From a virus, in the IMG/VR virus record IMGVR_UViG_3300009285_000007, positions 1 to 59,345 of that record: a DNA stretch of 59,345 nucleotides; one strand, 5' to 3'. Under the pieces are notes generated by a model. The model was given only the letters and a program-made list of their open reading frames with translations, made no database searches and was not told where the DNA came from. Each line of letters starts with the position of its first letter. The stretch's first letter is position 1. Shown piece by piece: positions 8,639 to 17,450 of this stretch. The position numbers and the translations under genes are program-made.

Positions 8639-8997
8639 GGCGCCACCTCCGTCATCAGCGTCGACTGACAGACGCACTGCCGCCAGGTCTGTCGGTAGCC
8701 GTCATCCGTCACCACTACGCCGTCGCCAGGGATCGAGTGCGGAGCTGGCAGCGCGAGGAACTGCGCCCTGGTGTAGCTGCGGCCGCAGGTGCAAACCTTG
8801 TAGGACACCTCGTGCTCCCGCAGGCTCGCCAGGATCGCCGCGTCAACCTCCGACAACGCGGTCTCGAGCCGGCGCACTACGGGCTCGGCCCCGGGCACGT
8901 GCCGCAGGTCGCGCAGGGCGTCGGCGACAGCGACGCGCAGCACGTCCAGGGCGCGGCCGTCGCTCAGGTCGGCGGCAGTGATCGGCTCACGCGGCAT
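8635..8997 (-). CDS. Hypothetical protein
   Basis: ATG start. GC-rich third positions. CTCG...CVC. Confidence 0.75.
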   Translation of the reverse strand: MPREPITAADLSDGRALDVLRVAVADALRDLRHVPGAEPVVRRLETALSEVDAAILASLREHEVSYKVCTCGRSYTRAQFLALPAPHSIPGDGVVVTDDGYRQTWRQCVCQSTLMTEVAP

Positions 8998-9223
8998 CGC
9001 GCACCACCCCTCGCGCCTGGCAGCGGCGGCAGGTCCCGGCGAGCTCGGCGGCGATCTGGCGGATGTAGTCGGCGGCGTGGCCGGTCAGGGACTCCGCGTT
9101 GACGGACGGAGTGACCGAGCCGGTGCGCAGCTGATGCTCCACGCCTCGCAGCTCCTCGACGAGCATCTCTGTGCTCGCCAGCGCGGCACCGCAGAGGCAG
9201 GTGGTGGTCTTCGGTTGCGTCAT
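8987..9223 (-). CDS. Hypothetical protein; first gene of the leftward early operon
   Basis: ATG at 9223 (MTQPKTTTCLCGAALAST...) follows GAGAGGGG. The upstream part of the track ORF lies in the operator region. Confidence 0.7.
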   Translation of the reverse strand: MTQPKTTTCLCGAALASTEMLVEELRGVEHQLRTGSVTPSVNAESLTGHAADYIRQIAAELAGTCRRCQARGVVRDAA

Positions 9224-9252
9224 TGTGGCCCCTCTCTCGATTCCGAATACAG

Positions 9253-9267
9253 GTAACACGACGTTAC
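9253..9267. promoter_or_regulatory. Candidate operator, perfect palindrome GTAAC-N5-GTTAC (OL-like)
   Basis: gtaacacgacgttac lies 30 nt upstream of the first leftward early gene. The same palindrome type recurs at 10279. Confidence 0.5.
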
Positions 9268-9287
9268 GGGGCGAGTCAAGCAAAAAA

Positions 9288-9302
9288 GTAACGAGGCGTG
9301 AC
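9288..9302. promoter_or_regulatory. Candidate operator variant GTAAC-N5-GTGAC
   Basis: gtaacgaggcgtgac has one mismatch to the palindrome and lies 21 nt from the first site. Confidence 0.35.
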
Positions 9303-9357
9303 TGGAGAACGCACACGAGGTCGCAGAGAATCCGGAATCCACAACGATGGAGGAGAG

Positions 9358-9798
9358 ATGCGGCTATTCTTTTTGCGCCCGGCGCGTTGTCAGGTAGCGT
9401 CTATTATAATGTGCTCGCTGTTGCTGGCGCAGTCTGCGGCCGCGCACAGCGGCGGCACAAACGCGTCTGGCTGTCACACAGACAGTAGCACGGGCGTCTA
9501 CCACTGCCATTCGAGCAGCAGATCATCATCGTCGAGCTCATTCGACGGAGATCCGACAGCGCTAGGGTTGGCACTCGCCGGAACCGCCGGGCTGTTGACC
9601 TCCCTATTCCTCTACTTCCCGGCGTCTAGGGCGTGTGCTGCTAGGCCGGCGGACGAAGCGTGCGGGCCGAAGGTCGCATGGTGGATACTGACCGGCGTGT
9701 CGGCAGCGTTCGTGGTTGCGTCACTGGCCGTATCACTGGGAGGCGACGACGGGTCGCCAACGCAAGCTCACGCGGGCGTTGTGGCCTGGGATTTCTAG
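9358..9798 (+). CDS. Secreted/membrane YHYH-type (HSGG...GCH...YHCH) metal-binding-motif protein; moron-like
   Basis: GGAGGAGAG RBS. Signal-like MRLFFLRPARCQVASIIMCSLLLAQSAAA, then HSGGTNASGCHTDSSTGVYHCH, a poly-Ser linker and two hydrophobic helices. Confidence 0.7.
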   Translation: MRLFFLRPARCQVASIIMCSLLLAQSAAAHSGGTNASGCHTDSSTGVYHCHSSSRSSSSSSFDGDPTALGLALAGTAGLLTSLFLYFPASRACAARPADEACGPKVAWWILTGVSAAFVVASLAVSLGGDDGSPTQAHAGVVAWDF

Positions 9799-9805
9799 GC
9801 TCGCC

Positions 9806-10267
9806 CTAATCCACGGCATCCTCAGCAGCACGCAACATCAGAAGCGCCAGGTGATAAGCCTCGGGCGTCAACCGCTTGCCCGGGATGGCGAGCTGGCGTA
9901 GCTGCCCGACTTCCTCGTCTGTGACAGTCCGGGCCATTGGCGACTCGAGGAACTGGACCAGTTCCTGCGGCATACCGGTCTCGGCGCCCTTGAACAATTC
10001 TGTCATTGGTACGCCGAGAGCTACAGCAATCTTCTGAAGGCTGTCAACCCGCCCGGCGCCGCGCTTCTCGATCATCTTGACCGAGCTGATCCCTGCTCTC
10101 TCGGCGAGCTCCTCCTGGGTCAGCTTCTTGGCTGACCTGAGTCGCCGGATGTTGCAGCCCAGCGTGTTGTCGCCGGGGCGCGTGCGGTCGCTGCGCATAT
10201 GCCGATAGTGAGGCAGCCGGCGCCCATCGTCAGCACACGTCATTTTACTTTTGGCGAAGGCAGCCAT
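9806..10267 (-). CDS. XRE-family HTH repressor (CI-like)
   Basis: NIRRLRSAKKLTQEELAERAGISSVKMIEKRG is an HTH_3-type motif. Divergent from the Cro-like gene. The start is ambiguous: ATG at 10267, 10243 or 10198, none with a clear SD. Confidence 0.8.
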   Translation of the reverse strand: MAAFAKSKMTCADDGRRLPHYRHMRSDRTRPGDNTLGCNIRRLRSAKKLTQEELAERAGISSVKMIEKRGAGRVDSLQKIAVALGVPMTELFKGAETGMPQELVQFLESPMARTVTDEEVGQLRQLAIPGKRLTPEAYHLALLMLRAAEDAVD

Positions 10268-10278
10268 TGACTTTCTCA

Positions 10279-10293
10279 GTAACGGTATGTTAC
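10279..10293. promoter_or_regulatory. Candidate operator, perfect palindrome GTAAC-N5-GTTAC (OR-like), in the 38-nt cI/cro intergenic region
   Basis: gtaacggtatgttac. TTGACT lies at 10267-10272 immediately upstream. Confidence 0.5.
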
Positions 10294-10305
10294 CCAGAAA
10301 GGACG

Positions 10306-10554
10306 ATGGACGCCAACCGAAATCAACGGCCTTCGCTCATTGGGAAAAACATCAAGCGACTTCGGGAAGTACGCGACTGGAGTCAGACCGATCTTGCCGT
10401 CCGGGCCCACCTCACCAGGCCACTTGTGACGATGGTCGAGAGTGGCCAGCGCCAGCGGGTAGCGGGCGCCAGCCTCGAACGGCTCGCCGCCGCTCTTGGC
10501 GTCAGCGTCGCCGAGCTCTACGCCCCCGTCCCAGCGCGACGCAAGAGGAAGTAG
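10306..10554 (+). CDS. XRE-family HTH protein (Cro-like)
   Basis: ATG at 10306 follows AAAGGA. NIKRLREVRDWSQTDLAVRAHLTRPLVTMVESG is an HTH motif. Confidence 0.8.
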   Translation: MDANRNQRPSLIGKNIKRLREVRDWSQTDLAVRAHLTRPLVTMVESGQRQRVAGASLERLAAALGVSVAELYAPVPARRKRK

Positions 10555-10604
10555 CAGCCCGCCCCCCCCCACCCCGCCCTCGGACAGAGGGCCGAGGAGA
10601 TGTG

Positions 10605-11498
10605 ATGTCCAAGACCTACGAAGGCACGTTGAAGATCGGCACCGTCGAGCTGCGCTGCTACGTGGTGCCGGGCAAGTCGGGTGCGCCAGCACAGAGGTTG
10701 CTGTCGAGGCGGGGCGTGGATGCGGCGCTGTTGGTGGCGCGCGGAGATCGCGGCCTCCCCTCGCTCGTATCGCTCTGCGCCGGGAACCTCAATGTCTCCG
10801 CCTCACTCGACGAGATGCTTGCAAATCCAGTTGCGATTCGTACAGCCAACAAAGACGGCCGCGGAGTCACAACGCACGCCGCTGCCCACGGCTACGACGC
10901 CATGGTGCTCCCCGGCATCTGCACCCTGGTGCTGCAGGCCGAGCGCGCTGGCGTCCTACCGCCTCAGTACAAGCACGTCGCCGACAGGTGCTTCGAGCTA
11001 CAGACTGGCTTCGCGTACCTCGGGATCACGGCGCTCGTTGACGAGGCGACCGGCTACCAAGAGGACCGCGAGCGAGACGAGTTGCAGAAGATCCTCGACG
11101 CCTACGTGTCGAAAGAACTGCTGCCGTGGGAGCTTCGATTCCCACACGAGTTCTTTCGGCAGATGTTCCGGCTTCGCGGGTGGGACTTCGATCACACGCT
11201 GCAGGGTCCGCGGTACGCCGGGAAGCTGGTCAACCGGATCATCTATCGCCGGATGCCAGAGGGTGTGCTCGAGGAGCTTCGGTCTAAGACGCCGCCCGCT
11301 GACGATGGCGAACGCAGGACCAAGTATCACCAGCATCTGACTCCTGATCTCGGCGTGCCGCAACTCACGGTGCTCGTGTCGTCAGCCATCGCGATGATGC
11401 GCGCGTCAGCGTCATGGGAGGCATTCGAAAGGTACTGGAACCGGGCCTATCCGGCGGCCGGTTCACAGATGCTACTGGTCATGGACGAGGACGAATAG
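10605..11498 (+). CDS. P63C-domain protein
   Basis: GAGGAG RBS. ATGYQEDRERDELQKILDAYVSKELLPWELRFPHEFFRQMFRLRGW...HQHLT matches the P63C pattern from memory. The track ORF's N-terminal 118 aa is a shadow. Confidence 0.8.
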   Translation: MSKTYEGTLKIGTVELRCYVVPGKSGAPAQRLLSRRGVDAALLVARGDRGLPSLVSLCAGNLNVSASLDEMLANPVAIRTANKDGRGVTTHAAAHGYDAMVLPGICTLVLQAERAGVLPPQYKHVADRCFELQTGFAYLGITALVDEATGYQEDRERDELQKILDAYVSKELLPWELRFPHEFFRQMFRLRGWDFDHTLQGPRYAGKLVNRIIYRRMPEGVLEELRSKTPPADDGERRTKYHQHLTPDLGVPQLTVLVSSAIAMMRASASWEAFERYWNRAYPAAGSQMLLVMDEDE

Positions 11499-11541
11499 CT
11501 CTGACCCTCTTCCTCGCCGCCTCGAACGGCCGGAGAATAGT

Positions 11542-11874
11542 ATGTGCCCGCTCTGCCCAGAGTCTCGTCCCGACACCATCGTGATCGAGCGCGAGGAACG
11601 CACGATCCAGGTAGGCGAGGGAGGTCAATTCGACTGGCCCGAGCTCAACGCACAGCGCGCGTGGACGGAGCACCGGAGCGCTTACTACGGCGTTGAGATT
11701 CCGCAGCTCATGAGTCTCGGCATGCTCGACGCCGTCTTGCGCGTCAAGGAGTTGCTCGGCGGAGAGGTAGTCAACCCGCGAGACGACAGGGACGTGAAGC
11801 GGCCACGCAATGTGGCTGTACAGACGAAGCCTCGTGCACGCACACAACGACAACGCACGTTCGGAGGGATGTGA
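11542..11874 (+). CDS. Hypothetical protein
   Basis: GGAG RBS. GC-rich third positions. The 3' end carries the RBS of the next gene. Confidence 0.7.
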   Translation: MCPLCPESRPDTIVIEREERTIQVGEGGQFDWPELNAQRAWTEHRSAYYGVEIPQLMSLGMLDAVLRVKELLGGEVVNPRDDRDVKRPRNVAVQTKPRARTQRQRTFGGM

Positions 11875-12509
11875 TGCGCGACCGTCCAATCATCTTCAGC
11901 GGCGATTCAGTGCGCGCCATCCTGCGCGGCGAGAAGACGCAGACGAGGCGGGTGACCCGCTGGCCCGAGTGGGTGAAGGACATCGACCACGTGGTTTGCG
12001 TCCTGCGCGAGGGCAGAACGTTGGGCTACTGTGCCGATGGCCACCTGACGCATTCGATGACGCGGCCGTATGAAGTAGGCCAGCAGCTTTGGGTGCGGGA
12101 GACGTGGGCGCAACTCATCTGGAACACCCTGCACGACGGCATCGATACCGAGCACAACGAGACGCTCTATCGGGCAGACGAGCGGCCGGAAGACATCGGC
12201 ACTCGGTGGAGGCCGTCGATCTTCATGCCGCGTGACTTGTCCCGCCTCACCCTCGAAGTCGTAAGCGTGCGCGTGGAGAAGTTGCAAAGCATCAGCGAGG
12301 AAGACGCTATCGCCGAGGGTGTGCGGTGCTGGATCTGTGGTGGCCCCGTTGATGGCACGAGTGAGAACGACTGCGCCTGCTTTCACACCAAGCACGAGGC
12401 GCCACCGTCGTTCCAGGTTCTCTGGAACACCATCAACGCCAAGCGGCCCGGGTGCTCGTGGGAAGACAACCCATGGGTGCGGGCCGTCTCATTTCGGAGG
12501 GTCGGCTGA
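11874..12509 (+). CDS. ASCH/PUA-like domain protein (KTQTRR motif)
   Basis: IIFSGDSVRAILRGEKTQTRRV...LWVRETW pattern recalled from ASCH-like phage proteins. TGATG overlap with the upstream gene. Confidence 0.7.
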   Translation: MRDRPIIFSGDSVRAILRGEKTQTRRVTRWPEWVKDIDHVVCVLREGRTLGYCADGHLTHSMTRPYEVGQQLWVRETWAQLIWNTLHDGIDTEHNETLYRADERPEDIGTRWRPSIFMPRDLSRLTLEVVSVRVEKLQSISEEDAIAEGVRCWICGGPVDGTSENDCACFHTKHEAPPSFQVLWNTINAKRPGCSWEDNPWVRAVSFRRVG

Positions 12510-12772
12510 TGCGCGAGTCAGTCTCCGACTATCTCGCCCGCGGTGGCCAGATCGAGCACGGGCCATACCTGCCGTGTTTCGGCGAGGGCAATCGGGTCCA
12601 CACCCAATTCAAGTTCCGCGGGACAGCGGCCGGGCTCAGAGCACAGCTCGAGCGCGGGTGCCCGTCCTGCGGCGGCCCGGTGCAGCACGTACAGGCCGGA
12701 TCCAGTCCGGCGATCATCGAGTGCGGGCGCTGCGGGGATAGGTTCCGCGCGGCGACGGGGGAGGCGGTCTGA
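12509..12772 (+). CDS. Hypothetical Zn-ribbon protein
   Basis: TGATG coupling. CPSCGG...CGRCG. Confidence 0.7.
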   Translation: MRESVSDYLARGGQIEHGPYLPCFGEGNRVHTQFKFRGTAAGLRAQLERGCPSCGGPVQHVQAGSSPAIIECGRCGDRFRAATGEAV

Positions 12773-12966
12773 TGCCCAACACAGTCCGCATTGACGACGT
12801 GACATGCAAACGCTCGACCGCCAAGGCGATCCTCGTCGAGATTGATGGCGATGAGTATTGGATCCCGCAGAGTCAGATCGATGACGACTCGGAGGTGTGG
12901 CAGGAGGGTGACGAAGGCGTGCTCGTGATCACTGAGTGGATCGCAGAGCAGAAGGGGATTGCGTGA
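12772..12966 (+). CDS. Hypothetical protein (64 aa)
   Basis: TGATG coupling at both ends. Protein-like composition. Confidence 0.75.
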   Translation: MPNTVRIDDVTCKRSTAKAILVEIDGDEYWIPQSQIDDDSEVWQEGDEGVLVITEWIAEQKGIA

Positions 12967-13184
12967 TGCCCCGCTACCGCACCAACGCCGAGCTCGTAGA
13001 CATGCTCGCCGAGGAGATGGCGATCTCCGACAAGCTCCGTCGCGACAACCTCGAGCTACACACGCAGACGCAAGGGTTGCGCGTGGTGCTCGCCCGCCTC
13101 CGCTCGCAACTATGTATGGCCCAGTCGGCGCTGGGCCGGGTGAGGCGGGCGACTGCGCCGGTGCAGGGGAGGTTGGCGAGGTGA
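12966..13184 (+). CDS. Hypothetical coiled-coil protein (72 aa)
   Basis: ATG at 12966 overlaps the upstream TGA. Confidence 0.65.
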   Translation: MPRYRTNAELVDMLAEEMAISDKLRRDNLELHTQTQGLRVVLARLRSQLCMAQSALGRVRRATAPVQGRLAR

Positions 13185-13714
13185 CTACGGTCGCGGCATT
13201 CACACTCACCCAACCCGGGTATCGCGACATCGGCCTTGACTACTGGCTGCTGTCAGAGAGTGGGGCATTTGACCGCGCCGGCTGTCAACTCGCAGACGGC
13301 CATTACAGCAGGCGCAAGATCGGCGCGCGTCAGTTCGTTCCGCCAGGGCAGCGGTTTGTATTGGTGACCCCAGATCACAGCGCTGTCTGGGCATGGTGGA
13401 GGCCGCATCCTGATAGTGGGATTACGCAAATGAACGGGCTGGACGGCTGGACGTGTACGATCTTTCGCAACACGGGCGCCACGCTGTCGAGCGAGTTGGT
13501 TCTTGACGCCGAGATGTCTCTCGCTGCGCTCGGTCACGGCTGCGGGCCGGACGGGATGTTGACCTACGTATGGGACAAGAAGGTCAAGAGCAGGAACCCG
13601 GGATACTGCTTCAAGTGCGCCGGGTGGATCATTCATCCGACGAAGCCGCGCAGTGCAGACAACAAGAAGACGCTGCTCTCGAAGTCGTTTGAATTGGCCG
13701 GGGTGCCGGCATGA
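13181..13714 (+). CDS. Hypothetical protein
   Basis: GTGA overlap start. VTTVAAFTLTQPGYRDIGLDYW... The track ORF's N-terminal extension is a shadow. Confidence 0.7.
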   Translation: MTTVAAFTLTQPGYRDIGLDYWLLSESGAFDRAGCQLADGHYSRRKIGARQFVPPGQRFVLVTPDHSAVWAWWRPHPDSGITQMNGLDGWTCTIFRNTGATLSSELVLDAEMSLAALGHGCGPDGMLTYVWDKKVKSRNPGYCFKCAGWIIHPTKPRSADNKKTLLSKSFELAGVPA

Positions 13715-14049
13715 CTTGGACCGCCTACGCCGAAGCCCCGGGCTACTGCCGGCGGCTGGTCACGCGCGGGACGGTCGAGGACGCGGTGCAGGCCGGGTGC
13801 GAGCGGATGCACCTGGTGTCACTCGACTGGCCGGCAGAGCACTCGCCGTGCCTCACCGTGCGCCGCACCGAGCTCGGGCCGCCGGACGTCCAGGCACGGC
13901 TCGAGAGTCCGCGCGCAAGCCTGCGGTTCGAGCATGTGCTGCACGGCGCAAGAGAGAAATACATCAAGTACGCCGGCAAGTCGCGGCGGGAGTACGTCAA
14001 CTCGCGGGTAGAGGTCGAAATCGCACGGGCGAGGAGAGCGAAGGCATGA
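13711..14049 (+). CDS. Hypothetical protein
   Basis: ATGA overlaps at both ends. Confidence 0.65.
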   Translation: MTWTAYAEAPGYCRRLVTRGTVEDAVQAGCERMHLVSLDWPAEHSPCLTVRRTELGPPDVQARLESPRASLRFEHVLHGAREKYIKYAGKSRREYVNSRVEVEIARARRAKA

Positions 14050-15443
14050 CGTGGGCGAATGAGTCATACTGTAAGTGGCTTTCAAAGAAGATGGAGACGA
14101 GCACGCCAGTCGGGCTTTCTCCATCAGACATACACCTGGGCGAGTATCTGTTCGGCTTTCAAGCTGACCTCGTGAGGTGGGCGCTTGTCCGCGGTCGGGC
14201 CGCAATCTTTGCCGACACCGGGCTTGGCAAGAGTCTGATGCAGCTCGAGTGGGCTAGACACATCGCGGAGCACGGGCGAGTGCTAATACTCACACCGCTG
14301 GCAGTGGCGCAACAGACTGTACGCGAGGCGCAGAGGTTCGGCATTGACGCCACGTATTGCCGTGATGATGACGGGTCGCGGATCGTCGTGACGAACTACG
14401 ACATCCTCGACCGCTTCGATCCGTCGCGATTTGTCGGCATCGTGCTCGATGAGAGTAGTATACTAAAGAGCTTCAACGGTGCTACTCGTAACGCACTGAT
14501 CGGTCAATTCGGTGCGACACCATACCGCCTTGCGTGCACCGCAACGCCGGCACCGAACGACTTCACAGAGTTGGGGAACCATTCGGAGTTCCTGAGCATC
14601 AAATCGCGCACGGAGATGCTCGCAGAGTACTTCGTGCACGACGGCGAGACCACCCAAGAATGGCGACTCAAAGGCCACGCCGTGGATCAATTCTGGCGCT
14701 GGGCGTGCGGCTGGGGCGCCATCGTGCGCAAGCCGAGCGACCTCGGATACGATGACGGCAACTTCGCGCTCCCCCCGCTGCGCATGCATGAGCACGTGTT
14801 GAGGGTCGACCACACGGCCGCGTGGCAATCCGGGATGCTGTTCGCCACGGAGTCGATGACACTCTCGGACCAGCGCGCCACACGCCGGGCAACGATTGAT
14901 GACAGGGTATCGGCCGCATGTGAATTGGCTGCCGGCGATGAACCTGTCCTAATCTGGTGTGAGTTGAACGCCGAAGGTGACGCACTGGAAAAGTCGATAC
15001 CGGGTGCCGTGCAAGTCAAAGGCTCTGATTCGCCAGACGTGAAGGAGGATCGGCTGCTCGGCTTCGCGGATGGCAAGTATCGCGTTCTGGTCACGAAGCC
15101 AAGCATCGCGGGCCATGGTATGAATTGGCAACACTGCGCCAGACAGATATTCGTCGGCGCGTCACACTCCTACGAGCAAACCTACCAGGCTTTGCGCCGG
15201 AGCTGGCGATTCGGCCAGACGAGGCCGGTTGACGCGTTCATCATTCGCGCCGAGACGGACGGCGCAATCGTCGCGAACTACAAGCGCAAGGACCACGACG
15301 CTCAGTTGATGTCGGTAGAGGCGTCCAAACACGTGCTCGGCGCCGTGCGCGAGGCAATCGGCGCGACGCGGAGAGAGTGGAACGACTACAGCGCAGAAAC
15401 TTCAATGCGCATCCCGTCATGGTTGCGCGCGGAGGCGGCATGA
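14046..15443 (+). CDS. SNF2/DEAD-like superfamily-2 helicase
   Basis: ADTGLGKS (motif I), VLDESS (motif II), C-terminal helicase motifs (VTKPSIAGHGMNWQ, QALRRSWRFGQ). ATGA start. Confidence 0.9.
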   Translation: MTWANESYCKWLSKKMETSTPVGLSPSDIHLGEYLFGFQADLVRWALVRGRAAIFADTGLGKSLMQLEWARHIAEHGRVLILTPLAVAQQTVREAQRFGIDATYCRDDDGSRIVVTNYDILDRFDPSRFVGIVLDESSILKSFNGATRNALIGQFGATPYRLACTATPAPNDFTELGNHSEFLSIKSRTEMLAEYFVHDGETTQEWRLKGHAVDQFWRWACGWGAIVRKPSDLGYDDGNFALPPLRMHEHVLRVDHTAAWQSGMLFATESMTLSDQRATRRATIDDRVSAACELAAGDEPVLIWCELNAEGDALEKSIPGAVQVKGSDSPDVKEDRLLGFADGKYRVLVTKPSIAGHGMNWQHCARQIFVGASHSYEQTYQALRRSWRFGQTRPVDAFIIRAETDGAIVANYKRKDHDAQLMSVEASKHVLGAVREAIGATRREWNDYSAETSMRIPSWLRAEAA

Positions 15444-17380
15444 AGGTCATCAACCAAGCACACGGCGAGCGGTTCGCCATCTACAATGCGGACTGCGTCG
15501 AGGCACTGCGCGGGTTGCCGGATAGCTCCGTGCACTACTCCATCTTCTCCCCGCCGTTTGCGAGTCTGTACACCTATAGCGCTTCTCCGCGCGATATCGG
15601 CAACTCACGAGATTACGCGGAGTTCACAGAGCATATGGGCTTCATGACCGGTGAGTTGCTCCGTGTCACGAAGCCAGGCCGGTTGCTGTCATTTCACTGC
15701 ATGCTGCTGCCGACAAGCAAGACTCGCGACGGATACATCGGGCTGCGTGACTTCCGTGGCGACCTCATCAGAGCATTCAATCTTGGCGGGTGGGTGTTTC
15801 ATTCGGAAGTAGCGATCTGGAAGGATCCAGTCACGGCCATGCAACGGACGAAGGCGCTGGGCTTGCTCCACAAGCAGATCAAGAAAGACGCTGCGATGAG
15901 TCGCCAGGGGATCAACGACTATTTAGTGACGATGCGACGGCCTGGCGAGAATGACGAGCCAGTCGCACACAAGGATGATCCGCTCGGTAATGATGTCGAG
16001 GTGTGGCAGCGGTACGCATCGCCGGTGTGGGCCGTAGCAGGAGAGCCGGACGACGAGGGTATGTGTCGCATGACACAGGACATCAATCCCAACGAGACGT
16101 TGCAGTATCGCAGTGCTCGCGAGGACAAGGACGAGCGCCACATCTGCCTTGCCGAAGGGTCGCTTGTGCTCACGCGCGAGCGTGGCTACCAGCCCATCGA
16201 GATCGTTGAGCCGGGGGAACACGTCCTCACGCATCATGGCCGGTGGCGCCCGGTGTTGGCTCGGTGCTGTAACGGCACCAAGGGCACGATCCGTGTGCAG
16301 GCCCAAGGCGTTGCCAACCTGATCGCGACTCCAGACCACAAGCTCTACGCCAGGGTGGCAAGCGGGGCGCGCGCGAAGGAACTGGCACTGAAAGCCGACC
16401 CGACATGGATTCAAGCATCGAAGACCACTGGGTCATACCTCAACCTCAAGCTGCCTCCGGTGGAGGAGAGCGAGTTGTCGGCCGAGGAGTGGTGGATCGT
16501 CGGCCGCTGGCTCGGAGACGGCCACCGCGGAACTCGCCGCACCAGTGGCGCTCGCGGAGCAGGCTTTGGCGAATTCATCGTGTCGTGTTCGCATGAAGAG
16601 GCACCGGGGCTCATCGAGAGGCTGGGGTCACACGCCGGACAGGTCCACAAAATCACGGCGACGCAGATTACGCTCCGCGGGCTCCGCCACGTCGTGCGCG
16701 AGACTCTCGATAGGTGCGGCGAGGGCGCCGCAAACAAGCACCTGCCCGGCGAGGCGGCGGCACTTTGCCAAGAGAAGGCCGAGGCCCTGCTTTCGGGTTA
16801 CCTGTCGGCTGATGGCCATTACGTTTCGAGACACGACCGCCATTGCTCCTCGTCGATCTCACGCGCGCTACTGCTCGGCATGTCGCTCGTCGCGATGCGC
16901 GCACGTGATGTGGTTGCGAGCGTCTATGCGGGCCGTCCAGACAGGGGTGGTGTCATTTGCGGACGAAACGTTCACATGGCGCAGGACTGGATCTTCTCAT
17001 TCAGGGGCAGCAACGGTTATCGGAAGTCCGGGTGGATCGACGAACTGGGTTCGTGGCGGAAGGTGCGCAAGATTAATGATGCCGGAGAGCGGCGTGTCTG
17101 GGACCTGCAGGTAAAAGAAGACGAGTCATTCACTGCTGAGGGGTGCGTTGTTCACAACTGCCCGCTGCAACTCGAAGTCATCCGTCGCGCGGTCAGGCTG
17201 TGGACGAACCCCAACGACATCGTGCTCTCGCCATTCGCAGGTATCGGATCTGAGGGCGTAGTCTCCATCGAGGAGGGCCGACGGTTCGTCGGCGTCGAGC
17301 TCAAGCGGAGCTACTACGAGCAGGCCACGCGCAATCTCGCCGAAGCGGAGAACCCGCGGCAAGCAAGCCTGTTCGCGTAG
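15440..17380 (+). CDS. Beta-class N6A/N4C DNA methyltransferase interrupted by an intein (precursor 646 aa)
   Basis: IFSPPF (motif IV) at the N terminus and VLSPFAGIGSEG (motif I) at the C terminus. A 338-aa insertion between ...DERHI and CPLQLEV has intein hallmarks. Confidence 0.9.
   Translation: MKVINQAHGERFAIYNADCVEALRGLPDSSVHYSIFSPPFASLYTYSASPRDIGNSRDYAEFTEHMGFMTGELLRVTKPGRLLSFHCMLLPTSKTRDGYIGLRDFRGDLIRAFNLGGWVFHSEVAIWKDPVTAMQRTKALGLLHKQIKKDAAMSRQGINDYLVTMRRPGENDEPVAHKDDPLGNDVEVWQRYASPVWAVAGEPDDEGMCRMTQDINPNETLQYRSAREDKDERHICLAEGSLVLTRERGYQPIEIVEPGEHVLTHHGRWRPVLARCCNGTKGTIRVQAQGVANLIATPDHKLYARVASGARAKELALKADPTWIQASKTTGSYLNLKLPPVEESELSAEEWWIVGRWLGDGHRGTRRTSGARGAGFGEFIVSCSHEEAPGLIERLGSHAGQVHKITATQITLRGLRHVVRETLDRCGEGAANKHLPGEAAALCQEKAEALLSGYLSADGHYVSRHDRHCSSSISRALLLGMSLVAMRARDVVASVYAGRPDRGGVICGRNVHMAQDWIFSFRGSNGYRKSGWIDELGSWRKVRKINDAGERRVWDLQVKEDESFTAEGCVVHNCPLQLEVIRRAVRLWTNPNDIVLSPFAGIGSEGVVSIEEGRRFVGVELKRSYYEQATRNLAEAENPRQASLFA
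16145..17158 (+). mobile_element. Intein with LAGLIDADG homing-endonuclease domain (338 aa) inside the methyltransferase
   Basis: Starts CLAEGSLVLTRERGYQPIEIVEPGEHVLTHHG (blocks A/B). Two LAGLIDADG-like motifs (WWIVGRWLGDGH, LLSGYLSADGHY). Ends VWDLQVKEDESFTAEGCVVHN, followed by the +1 Cys (CPLQ). Confidence 0.85.
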
Positions 17381-17450
17381 CCGTAGTTCCACGCCGGCCC
17401 ACCAGCCGGCCTTGCCCAGACTGCCGCCTATGACGGGCGGGGGGGATGGA

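Noticed and set aside
10251-10604. N-terminal 118 aa of the 415-aa track ORF (P63C gene)
   Set aside because: Overlaps the cro-like gene in another frame, is Arg/Pro-rich, and a good RBS plus ATG at 10605 starts the recognisable domain.
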